Of a stretch of DNA of 64,000 bases, positions 27,309 to 46,975 are shown one piece after another (position 1 is the stretch's first letter; each line of letters begins with the position of its first letter). Source of the DNA: an uncultured virus (IMG/VR IMGVR_UViG_3300032092_001856) (lineage: Duplodnaviria > Heunggongvirae > Uroviricota > Caudoviricetes); IMG/VR virus record IMGVR_UViG_3300032092_001856; one strand, 5' to 3'. Both the position numbers and the translations under genes were made by a program. The notes under the pieces are model-generated. The model was not told the origin of the DNA and did no database searches. It was given only the letters and a program-made list of their open reading frames with translations.

Positions 27309-28886
27309 TTATCCCGCCCATCTTTCTGGAAATGTTAATGGTATTGGATCGGGCACGTTGAAATCTGTGATACTAAAAAAATCTACTGAGTAAAAAACTT
27401 TTCCTGTAAGATCAACACTGCTAGATTGTTGTACAGCATTTTTATATAGATTGTCAGGTGTTAGTATTGTGATACTTAATAAAGTTGAAGTTGAAGTTGA
27501 AGAACTCAAATCAATCAAGTTATAGTCATTTGCTGACGTGTACTTGATAACTGAATCTTGATTAAAAGAAAATTTATATTGATTGCCTACATTTAGAACA
27601 TTAATAGTTGTTAAATTCCCAACAGAAGTCAAATTAACAATAGGTAGGTCTCGAAATGTTGAGGTAATAGATTGAGTTTCGTTCAATACAACTAGGCCAT
27701 ATCTATTTTCCAGTAAAGAAACTGTTTGTGTAAATCCATTTGATGTTATTGTGAAAGTTTTGTTAGCTGAAGTAGATATTAAAAAACTCACACTAGCCGT
27801 TTTGTTAACGATGGTAAAATTACCAGTTAACGATGCTCCATTGATGTCGCTGGAGTTAACTCCTGTTATTGTATAAGGTACAAGGGTATTATCGGCAGTA
27901 GTTGCAGATGTAAAAGTAATTGTAAGTGTTTCTCCACTGGCAGCTGATTGACTATTGGCCGACAATCCATCAGGCAGGACTGTAGAAGTTATAACAACAT
28001 AACCAGCCCCAGTTCTAGTAGCAGCAGTATTTGTTTGATCAGTGCCTGCATTATAAGAACCGCCGCCACCGCCAACAAGCTGACTGGACCAAGTACCGCC
28101 ACCACCGCCTGAATATCCACCACCACCACCGCAAGCTAGACCACCACCACCGCCGCCGCCGCCAAAGCCTCCGTAGATTTCAACGCCGCCCCATGAGAGT
28201 GACTTTCTGCCGCCAACTCCACCGTTAGTAAATGATTTAGCGTTGTCTCCAAGTTGATTTCCACTGAGAGGATCAACAAGACCATTGCCAGTAAATCCTG
28301 CTCCGCCTGGCCCACTTCCGTCACTGCTGCCGCCATCGCCACCGCCACCGCTAGTGCCTCCGGCTTTTCCGCCTTGGCCCGCAACACCATTATTGCCAGC
28401 GCTGGCGCCGAAGCCAGCAGCAGTAGTATATGCGTTTTGTGATGCGCCGCCCCCACCACCTGCAATAGTCAATATTGAAGGTGTAGTATTGTAAGGTGTG
28501 CGTATTACATATGTGCCGCCACCGCCTGCACCCATTGGCTGACCGTCTTGAGTGTGTGCTCCTGATTGACCTTGTTGGCCAACTAGAATTCTAATTATTT
28601 CACCTTCAGTTAGTGAAAAGGTTCCTTTAATCCTTGCACCAAGACCACCTTGCTGACTTCCAGCATTACCGCCTTGAGCACCATAACAGTCTATAGTGTA
28701 CAGTCCCGTTGCAGGCACTGTCCATAGTTGAATACCGTTTGATGTGTTGAAGTATGTAGTATTGTTTTTCCAAGCATCAACTCCTGTGCCAGTTAATCCA
28801 GATACTGCTTGAGCAAGAGTAGGCCCGTTGCGGCCGCTAGCCGCACCAGGTGTAAATGTAGCATTTGTAAATGAGTATAATGGCAT
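27309..28886 (-). CDS. glycine-rich virion fibre / receptor-binding-like protein
   Basis: GIQLWTVPATGLY...GAQGG with poly-Gly tracts; start at MPLYSF. Confidence 0.75.
   Translation of the reverse strand: MPLYSFTNATFTPGAASGRNGPTLAQAVSGLTGTGVDAWKNNTTYFNTSNGIQLWTVPATGLYTIDCYGAQGGNAGSQQGGLGARIKGTFSLTEGEIIRILVGQQGQSGAHTQDGQPMGAGGGGTYVIRTPYNTTPSILTIAGGGGGASQNAYTTAAGFGASAGNNGVAGQGGKAGGTSGGGGDGGSSDGSGPGGAGFTGNGLVDPLSGNQLGDNAKSFTNGGVGGRKSLSWGGVEIYGGFGGGGGGGGLACGGGGGYSGGGGGTWSSQLVGGGGGSYNAGTDQTNTAATRTGAGYVVITSTVLPDGLSANSQSAASGETLTITFTSATTADNTLVPYTITGVNSSDINGASLTGNFTIVNKTASVSFLISTSANKTFTITSNGFTQTVSLLENRYGLVVLNETQSITSTFRDLPIVNLTSVGNLTTINVLNVGNQYKFSFNQDSVIKYTSANDYNLIDLSSSTSTSTLLSITILTPDNLYKNAVQQSSSVDLTGKVFYSVDFFSITDFNVPDPIPLTFPERWAG
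27455..27968. repeat. ~510 bp near-identical copy 1 (shared C-terminal module)
   Basis: matches about 29043..29550 with long identical runs. Confidence 0.85.
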
Positions 28887-28894
28887 TACTGTGC

Positions 28895-30397
28895 TTATGC
28901 TCCTATCCAATATTGTGGAGGATCAAAATCTATAACTTCACTGGTGTTAAATGAAGTTCTGCTGGCAAAGTCAATTGTAATAAAAGATCTAAGCGCAAGA
29001 ATAACACTGCTAGATTCTGCTAAGTTATATTTTGCTTGTTCACCAGGTGTTAGTATTGTGATACTTAATAAATTTGAAGTTGATGAACTCAAATTAATCA
29101 AATTATAGTCATTTGCTGACGTGTACTTGATAACTGAATCTTGATTAAAAGAAAATTTAAATTGATTGCCTACATTTAGAACATTAATAGTTGTTAAATT
29201 CCCAACAGAGGTCAAATTAACAATGGGTAGGTCTCGAAATGTTGAGGTGATGGACGCCGTTTCGTTCAATACAACTAGGCCATATCTATTTTCCAGTAAA
29301 GAAACTGTTTGTGTAAATCCATTTGATGTCAGTGTAAGAGTCTTTTTAGTTGAAGTAGATATTAAAAAACTCACACTAGCTGTGTTGTTAACAACGGTAA
29401 AATTACCAGTTAACGATGCTCCATTGACATCACCGGAGTTAACTCCTGTTATTGTATAAGGTACAAGAGTATTATCGGCTACTTCTGTAGTAGTTAATGT
29501 GACAGTAAGTGTTTCTCCGCTACCAACTGATTGACTATTAGCTGACAATCCCGCAGACGGTGTCGTTGTGACAGCCACAGCAGTAATGGTCACATAACCG
29601 GGCAAACTATAGCCTACTTCACCCGTGTCTACTCTATTTACATCAGTACCTGAAGCATCGACAAAACTGTTTGGACCTGCACTATACAGGCCGTCGTATC
29701 CACCTGCATTACCTTCTGAGTCATCGGATGCACTTCCGCCGCCGAAGCCACCGTATGCAATATATCCACCGTATCCCCCGGCGGCGCCATTAAAGCTCTG
29801 ACCTTTAAAACTAGTAAATCCAGCGCCACTAGTACCGTTAGCTGAACTAGACGCAGTCGGTGTAGCTGGCGAAAATCTAGCTTCTCTTGGGCCTTTGCCA
29901 CCTGCAGCCATTAACAAACAGTTTGTAATATTAGATAATACAGTTCCGCCTGTGCTAGGAGCCTTAGCCACAACAGTGGCACCACCGCCACCGCCACTAC
30001 ACCAGTCAGCACCCGTGGCATTGCCATTACTGCCTGATTGTCCTACGGCAATCCAAATAATTTCGCCCTCAGTCAGTGCAAAAGTAGCAGTCAGCTTGGA
30101 ACCGTTTCGTCCTGTAGCAGATGTTGGTCCTCCGGGTCCTCCGTGTGCAACAATTCTATATGTACCAGTAGCAGGCACTTGCCACCATTGATATCCGTCA
30201 AATGGGACTTTAAAGTATGTATTGGTAGTTAATAAACTAGCCAATGTAGCATCGTTAGTATTATAGTAGGCTTGTAACTCAGACTGAGTAGGGCCGTACA
30301 TGATGGGCAAATTATTATTTCCGCCAGTGTACGTTGGCCCGTTTCGTGGCGATCTAAAGGTAAATGTTGTTCCGTTGTTAATACTGTATAATGGCAT
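28895..30397 (-). CDS. glycine-rich virion fibre protein, paralog of 27309..28886
   Basis: same architecture and shared C-terminal half. Confidence 0.75.
   Translation of the reverse strand: MPLYSINNGTTFTFRSPRNGPTYTGGNNNLPIMYGPTQSELQAYYNTNDATLASLLTTNTYFKVPFDGYQWWQVPATGTYRIVAHGGPGGPTSATGRNGSKLTATFALTEGEIIWIAVGQSGSNGNATGADWCSGGGGGATVVAKAPSTGGTVLSNITNCLLMAAGGKGPREARFSPATPTASSSANGTSGAGFTSFKGQSFNGAAGGYGGYIAYGGFGGGSASDDSEGNAGGYDGLYSAGPNSFVDASGTDVNRVDTGEVGYSLPGYVTITAVAVTTTPSAGLSANSQSVGSGETLTVTLTTTEVADNTLVPYTITGVNSGDVNGASLTGNFTVVNNTASVSFLISTSTKKTLTLTSNGFTQTVSLLENRYGLVVLNETASITSTFRDLPIVNLTSVGNLTTINVLNVGNQFKFSFNQDSVIKYTSANDYNLINLSSSTSNLLSITILTPGEQAKYNLAESSSVILALRSFITIDFASRTSFNTSEVIDFDPPQYWIGA
29043..29550. 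repeat. ~510 bp near-identical copy 2
   Basis: matches about 27455..27968. Confidence 0.85.
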
Positions 30398-30479
30398 TAG
30401 CTGTTCTATTCCTTATACACACTGATTCATTTTTAAGAAATGTAGGTATGAATTTTTATTTTCGATCAATCAACACAAC

Positions 30480-31553
30480 TTACCTAATTGGAACAGCCAA
30501 TGTTAATCCTCCATACTGAGATGCTCTGTTGGTTCTATCATGACTACAAACAAATTTATAATATCTAGAACTTCCCACATAAAAAGTCTGACCTGTTTCA
30601 TGATTTTGTCCACTCAGTATCAATAATCCTTCCATAGTTTGATAGGCATTGCCCTTGATAGGATTACCTATAATGATAGGATACAGTGCTGTGCTTTTTT
30701 TGCCGTCTACGTCAAATCTGTCGAGAAATCCTTGATTACTCAGCGATGAAGGATACAAATTTAAAAAATTGGTAGTGTTAGGCGCGGCAGTACTGTCGCT
30801 GCTTATTCGTTGGTTGAATGAACTCAGTTGATTGTAGGCGAGGCCGGCTCCACTGTCGTATTTGTGTACGTGTACAGTCAGATCATGTCTAGTCAAACTG
30901 GTGCCAAAATCGCCTAGACCAGTTATTCCCAACATAGGTATAGAAGAAGATGTAGCATACTGATGTATGGGCAGAGCAGTGCCGTCGCCCACAAACCAAA
31001 ATGTTCCTTGATCTAAGTTGCCTATAAACATGAATCCTTCTGCGGCTGATATTACAAATCGATCGTTGCTAATAGATCTATTGCTGCTGCTGAGAGTGGA
31101 ATAGTCAACGGTGTTGACGAAGTTGGTGGTAAAGTTGAAGTTTAATGGACGGCCAAAGTCAAAATTGGCAAAAGCGGTTTTGTCGGCAGGATTTTGAAAT
31201 GCTCCCATGTATCCTTGATAATAATTATTATTTGTTGCAGTCAGTGAGTTCCACTGCAGGGCAAACCCCTTGTGAAAAAATGCTTGATCAGCTTTGCCTA
31301 TACATCTCTGACTCCAGGCCCAATGTTGATTGGGCGTGGAGGAGCTGCTGTCAAAATCACCAGTGGTCTCTCTTCTAGTCCAACCACCAGCATTGGCTGT
31401 GCTCCATTCGATGTAGTACTGTAGGCCTTGAGCAATAGCAGTAGTTCTCGATGCTGTTGTGCTGGTCAACACATAGTCCAACATGTAGGCAAATGCCCTC
31501 AAACCGGTTCCTGTTGTTGAACCGCTTGCTGTGGTTCTGAATTCTACAAACAT
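30480..31553 (-). CDS. putative virion protein
   Basis: 357-aa ORF rich in Ser/Thr/aromatics within the fibre cluster. Confidence 0.6.
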   Translation of the reverse strand: MFVEFRTTASGSTTGTGLRAFAYMLDYVLTSTTASRTTAIAQGLQYYIEWSTANAGGWTRRETTGDFDSSSSTPNQHWAWSQRCIGKADQAFFHKGFALQWNSLTATNNNYYQGYMGAFQNPADKTAFANFDFGRPLNFNFTTNFVNTVDYSTLSSSNRSISNDRFVISAAEGFMFIGNLDQGTFWFVGDGTALPIHQYATSSSIPMLGITGLGDFGTSLTRHDLTVHVHKYDSGAGLAYNQLSSFNQRISSDSTAAPNTTNFLNLYPSSLSNQGFLDRFDVDGKKSTALYPIIIGNPIKGNAYQTMEGLLILSGQNHETGQTFYVGSSRYYKFVCSHDRTNRASQYGGLTLAVPIR

Positions 31554-32645
31554 TTAAACTCCTCCTATCGTTGTAGGCACCATGTAGACAGCAGCATTGA
31601 GGTCAGTAGTGCCTGTGCTGCCACAAGCATGTAATCTTACAAATCTATATTCAGTACCACTAACAGTTGCAGCTTGGCCAGTTTGAGCAGCCATGTCGCT
31701 GGTTCTCCATAGGAATGGTATACGCCCGTTCAACAGTCTTCGACTTGCCGGCACGGTGCTGCTGGTATGGTTTTGTGCATAGAAATACACGGGCATCATG
31801 TAGTTTTGTGTGTCGCCAATGTTGTCTCTTGTGGAGAAAAAAGTTGAAAAAGGATCGGGATACAGCATTGGGTTGCCGCTACCTCTGCTGTAATCGTACA
31901 CACCTCGATGCTGAGTACCTGCGTTTGTAAAGGTTCCATCTCCGTTGTACATGAGATTGCTGTGTATCCCTACAATATTTCGTTGTGCGTCAACTTCACT
32001 GAATCTGCTGGTTGATGAGCTTGGCCAACTTCCGCCATGTGAGGTTATAAAAACTTGAGGGCTGTATAGACTGTTGAGTGATCTTGCCCACACATCTTGC
32101 CCTGTGGATTCTACATCATAAATTCCTGCTGTGCCGCCTCGTCCTTGGCCGTCTAAAATGCTCCAAATTACCCAATGACTGCTGATAAAAAATTGCATTT
32201 CGCAGCTCGAGACACCATGAGTAAAATAAATGGCAGAGTTGCTATCATACCACCAATGACTGGTGGTCACCACGGTGGGCGCCATGTTGGTGCCGTTGCT
32301 AGACAGCATTCTAGGTTGCCAGCCCTGGTTGTAGCTTGAGCCCTGGTGAATTCTAAACAAACTTGTAAAGTTGGCGTTTTGACTGTGCGCTTTTGTAAAT
32401 TGAAACCAGTTGTCGTTAATAAATGTTTGCGCGGTGCTGGTTTGGTTGACGCTGCTTTGAACTGTGATTTGACTAGGTAAACTGCCTAATCTCACACAGT
32501 TGCTGATATCAAATGCTGCTGCTGGCAAGGCACTGACTGCTGTTGTTGCATTGATTGCCTCAATGATCCATTGACTGATTGCTTTTGAGCTTATTAAAGT
32601 ATTAAGATGATTGGCGGCGGAGGTGAATTTAAGCCTGAGATACAT
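31554..32645 (-). CDS. putative virion protein
   Basis: start at MYLRL with AGGAG RBS; composition like its neighbour. Confidence 0.6.
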   Translation of the reverse strand: MYLRLKFTSAANHLNTLISSKAISQWIIEAINATTAVSALPAAAFDISNCVRLGSLPSQITVQSSVNQTSTAQTFINDNWFQFTKAHSQNANFTSLFRIHQGSSYNQGWQPRMLSSNGTNMAPTVVTTSHWWYDSNSAIYFTHGVSSCEMQFFISSHWVIWSILDGQGRGGTAGIYDVESTGQDVWARSLNSLYSPQVFITSHGGSWPSSSTSRFSEVDAQRNIVGIHSNLMYNGDGTFTNAGTQHRGVYDYSRGSGNPMLYPDPFSTFFSTRDNIGDTQNYMMPVYFYAQNHTSSTVPASRRLLNGRIPFLWRTSDMAAQTGQAATVSGTEYRFVRLHACGSTGTTDLNAAVYMVPTTIGGV

Positions 32646-32913
32646 CTTGGTCTCCTGACGGATCAAATCCATCTTCTAGTAAACAGCCATCCTGTTTTAT
32701 CACAGTGTTACCACCGTGTAATGCAAGGCAAATCAATTTACCGGACATTTCAGTTGAAAAAATTTGCCCAGGTCCGTCTATTGACAAATTTATGGGGCCC
32801 ACACTGTAGTTCATTTGGTGATAGACAGAATAATTGGCTTGGCCAATTGTGTCCAAATCAATACCAAATGTATTGTTCAACATGTTTTTTTGATCTTCTG
32901 TTAATGAAGCCAT
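32629..32913 (-). CDS. hypothetical protein
   Basis: AAGGA RBS; in operon. Confidence 0.6.
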   Translation of the reverse strand: MASLTEDQKNMLNNTFGIDLDTIGQANYSVYHQMNYSVGPINLSIDGPGQIFSTEMSGKLICLALHGGNTVIKQDGCLLEDGFDPSGDQDVSQA

Positions 32914-32928
32914 TTTGTTTTCCTTTAC

Positions 32929-33843
32929 TTATAAATTTAAAAATTGATATAAAAATATCACACTTAACCCTGATCCTTGGGTAGTTGCACCTGGCGCACC
33001 AGTTGCAGTAACGTCCACTGTGAGATATTCGTCAGTTGTCATGTCAAATTGACTGGTATTTACTGCCTTGACTTGATTCGCTGCTATATTTATGGTTCTT
33101 GTGGCAACTCCATTTTTATTTATTACAATGGTTGCTATCTGATTTGCTGCCACATCCAATCTAAAAGTTATTTCTTGAATGGTCAAATTAGCAGGTGCAT
33201 ACCATCTTACCGAACCTGTTCGAACCACTAATAAACCTTCTTGTATCAAGGCAACACTTCGATTTCCATTAGCTCCTCGGCTACCAGTAAATCCCACATT
33301 GCCTACATTTCCTGAACTTCCTACAAAACCAGTAGTGCCACGACTGCCAGTAAATCCAATACTACCAGTATAACCTATATTTCCTTGGCTACCGGTATAA
33401 CCAATATCTCCTTGGCTACCGGTATAACCAATATCTCCTGTTGATCCAACAAATCCAGTATTGCCCTGACTGCCAGTGAATCCTGCACCTTGACTGCCTG
33501 TAAATCCAGATGACCCAGTATAACCTAGACTGCCAGTATACCCCGGAGTGCCATCGCTACCGCCAACACCATCCAAGCCAGCTGATCCAGTATAACCTAT
33601 ATTTCCTTGGCTACCGGTATAACCTTGACTACCAGTAAAACCTTTAAAATTTTCAGTATAGGTTGTGATGTTTACCCAAGTTCTCGTGCCGTCTGTGTCA
33701 CCTACAAGTATGGATTCATTTATTGTAGGTAATCCTAGGTCAGGTTCAGCGTTGGCTAGATCTAGAAATTCATACCTGTCTTCACTGAGCTGAGGACCAG
33801 TAATTTTTTTTATTTTGCCGCTGGTTAATCTACTTTTACTCAT
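32929..33843 (-). CDS. collagen-like (G[FY]TGS) fibre protein
   Basis: Gly-X-Y repeats flanked by globular ends. Confidence 0.8.
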   Translation of the reverse strand: MSKSRLTSGKIKKITGPQLSEDRYEFLDLANAEPDLGLPTINESILVGDTDGTRTWVNITTYTENFKGFTGSQGYTGSQGNIGYTGSAGLDGVGGSDGTPGYTGSLGYTGSSGFTGSQGAGFTGSQGNTGFVGSTGDIGYTGSQGDIGYTGSQGNIGYTGSIGFTGSRGTTGFVGSSGNVGNVGFTGSRGANGNRSVALIQEGLLVVRTGSVRWYAPANLTIQEITFRLDVAANQIATIVINKNGVATRTINIAANQVKAVNTSQFDMTTDEYLTVDVTATGAPGATTQGSGLSVIFLYQFLNL

Positions 33844-34174
33844 TGCTTGTTTCTAATATGCTTAATACCAAGTTCACTGCGTTGTTGGCGCTAACCACTG
33901 CTTTTACAGAACTGCCTTCTTCGATTACCAATTTGCCTGTGGTCACTTCTGCTGCATCATTAGGCGGAATCACAAACTCTTTTAACATGATAAAGTCTAT
34001 GGCATTTTTAACCAATGTAAATGTAATGGTCACTGCTGCGTTGCTGATGTTGCTGGCCTGTGCTCCCAACACAATAGTGGTCAAGTCGGTAGGAGTAGTA
34101 TAAATTGTTTGATTGGCTGTGGTAAGCTGAAATGCTTTAGTTCTAAACGTGTTTAATGGTAATGCGGTTGCCAT
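33836..34174 (-). CDS. small beta-rich virion protein
   Basis: IYTTP...TIVLGAQASN...KLVIEEG pattern. Confidence 0.65.
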   Translation of the reverse strand: MATALPLNTFRTKAFQLTTANQTIYTTPTDLTTIVLGAQASNISNAAVTITFTLVKNAIDFIMLKEFVIPPNDAAEVTTGKLVIEEGSSVKAVVSANNAVNLVLSILETSNE

Positions 34175-34177
34175 CGA

Positions 34178-36424
34178 TTAATCTCCAATTGCTAATATAT
34201 AGGGTGTCATAACAGCAAATAAACTTTTAGTAAATGTTCTACCTGAAATTGTTCCAGTGTTTTGATTAATCACAAAGTCTTCACCGATTCTAAAGTCTCC
34301 ACGTTGGTCAGTACCTGTGAAATAAACTTTTCCACCGTTAGTCGTTACCACCTGATTTTCTGTTATGGGTACCCCGCCTAAATAAGGCAATGCTGTATTT
34401 ACATTGGTACCAGATCCTACAAATTCAAATGTGTGGCCCGATGCAGTTATTAGACTATATTGGTGGAATGTAACTACTGTGTTGTCAGCAATGTTAGGAG
34501 CAGATTCTTCCAGAGTAATTATGCTGGTATAGGCATTTTCAATAATGTTGACCACTATGTCAAACAACTGTGTTACTAACAATGCTTCCGCAGACGAAGC
34601 AGCCGTAATAGCTGTATTTTGTGTTATTGTGATGTTAAGTGCTGTAACTACGGTATTAGTAACACATGCGCTGGCCACTGATTTAATATAATTAAATGTG
34701 GCTATGGTTGCTGTTTTTTCAGACGTTTCAATTTGTAAAGTTCCTGAACTATAATATTCGTCGGCAGCATCGGCAGTTTGACTATTTCCATTGTATAAAA
34801 CATCGTATGTAACAGCATCAACAATAAAAGAAATGTCTTGTCTACACTTGGTTTGATTGTAAGTTAATCCTGCAAAATTTGCTGTGATGTATGCAATACC
34901 TTCTTCTATCAAGAAATTTTTGTTTGCCTGTAAAATGTCAGCAGCGTTGGCAATGTTGGCAGTTACTCCAGTAGGATCATTAAAAACAAGTGTAGTCGCT
35001 GTGTTGTTTAATCCTGCAATCACTATGTTAAAGTTAGCTGCAGTTCTAGTATACTCTACGTCAGTAACAGCATAGTTAACTGCTAAAATTGCTAGTATTT
35101 TTGTTTTTACAAAATTGATTGCGGCAATAGTTTCGGTTAACTGATCATCTATAACCACACTGGCTGTGGCTCTTTGATAACTGATGCCAGCTAGACGAGA
35201 TTTATAGTTGGTGTTTAACACTAGATCATCTGCAACTGCATCAATAATATATCCCACATCTCTACTACATTTGAATTGATTAAAATCTAAATTTACATAA
35301 GTTTCATTTAAAAAATCTATTGTGTCGACTTGTAATTTGCTTTTAGAATCTAAAATTATATTCCTAGCATTTTTTAATCCTGAAGCTTCTTGACTAAAAC
35401 TGGGATATGTGATATTAGTGGCTCCTGTTGTGAATGCGGATGATGTGGCCACTGTGTAATAATCTGCAAATCCTGTAAACTTGACTGCATCACCTACATT
35501 GGGCTTGACTACCAGGTTGTCCACAGTAAATGTTCGTCCGGCTGTTGTTCCGTTAACTGTTCCTTGATATAATGCAGTGCTTACACCGTCTGCTTTTAAT
35601 CCAAAATTACCAAAGCTGCTGTTACTGTTGGTAATTGAACAGAATCCTCCAGATTCACATAAAAAGGCTATGTCAGTACAGATTGTAAACACTGAAACCA
35701 ATTGTGTGTTTCCTCTATTCAACATATGTATGCCGATACCGCCTTGATTATATTGTGTAAATGCATCTACAACCATGCTCTTTAATCCCAACGCATGATT
35801 TCCGTTGACTCTCATACCAGTACCTGTAGTAGTCATACTGGTGCAATTCTGTACATAAGGACTGGTATGAATAACTCCTGCGGAGCCATCTGTAGGAAAT
35901 GCCACGGCTGCGGCCGGAGCTTCGTGATCTTTAAATGTCATTTGTTCTAGATAACATGCAGATTTTACCCAAAACAAGTCTTGTGTGATGTTTGCTGGTC
36001 TAACAGTAACTGTTCTTAAATTGTCTCCTACTATCGACACACCTTCAGGAACTAATAACGGATTGTCTTCAGTGTAATCTCCACTTTTTACAAAAATTGT
36101 AGTTCCGTAAGTGGCTATTTCAACTGCTGCTTTGATAGTAAGTTTACTAGTGTTCAGTGCTAAACCATTATTGAGATCATTACCGCTTTTACTAACATAG
36201 AGTACATTGGCTACGATCATACTGCCTATACTTCCAGTAAAACCTGTACTGCCTACATATCCTCTTAAACCGCCATAGGGCAAAAGATTCCAGGTACTGA
36301 CACCATTACCAATCTTAAAAAGATTAGTATCTGTTTCTATACACATTTCTGCAAGTGCAAGCACAGGATTAACTGTACTCCACTCTTGAGCTGTGCCTCT
36401 TCTCAGTTGAATATTAATAGCCAT
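34178..36424 (-). CDS. virion protein with Mtd N-terminal domain, beta-helix region and two CxRD-like helical repeats
   Basis: IQLRRGTAQEW...ETDT..FKIGNG; YVSKSGND...TIKAA; KCSRDVGY and KCRQDISF. Confidence 0.75.
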   Translation of the reverse strand: MAINIQLRRGTAQEWSTVNPVLALAEMCIETDTNLFKIGNGVSTWNLLPYGGLRGYVGSTGFTGSIGSMIVANVLYVSKSGNDLNNGLALNTSKLTIKAAVEIATYGTTIFVKSGDYTEDNPLLVPEGVSIVGDNLRTVTVRPANITQDLFWVKSACYLEQMTFKDHEAPAAAVAFPTDGSAGVIHTSPYVQNCTSMTTTGTGMRVNGNHALGLKSMVVDAFTQYNQGGIGIHMLNRGNTQLVSVFTICTDIAFLCESGGFCSITNSNSSFGNFGLKADGVSTALYQGTVNGTTAGRTFTVDNLVVKPNVGDAVKFTGFADYYTVATSSAFTTGATNITYPSFSQEASGLKNARNIILDSKSKLQVDTIDFLNETYVNLDFNQFKCSRDVGYIIDAVADDLVLNTNYKSRLAGISYQRATASVVIDDQLTETIAAINFVKTKILAILAVNYAVTDVEYTRTAANFNIVIAGLNNTATTLVFNDPTGVTANIANAADILQANKNFLIEEGIAYITANFAGLTYNQTKCRQDISFIVDAVTYDVLYNGNSQTADAADEYYSSGTLQIETSEKTATIATFNYIKSVASACVTNTVVTALNITITQNTAITAASSAEALLVTQLFDIVVNIIENAYTSIITLEESAPNIADNTVVTFHQYSLITASGHTFEFVGSGTNVNTALPYLGGVPITENQVVTTNGGKVYFTGTDQRGDFRIGEDFVINQNTGTISGRTFTKSLFAVMTPYILAIGD

Positions 36425-36457
36425 AATTATATCAATTTACTTTGTGTTCTATATTTA

Positions 36458-46951
<10,494 letters not shown>

Positions 46952-46975
46952 GGTATTGTATTTACCCTATCAAAT

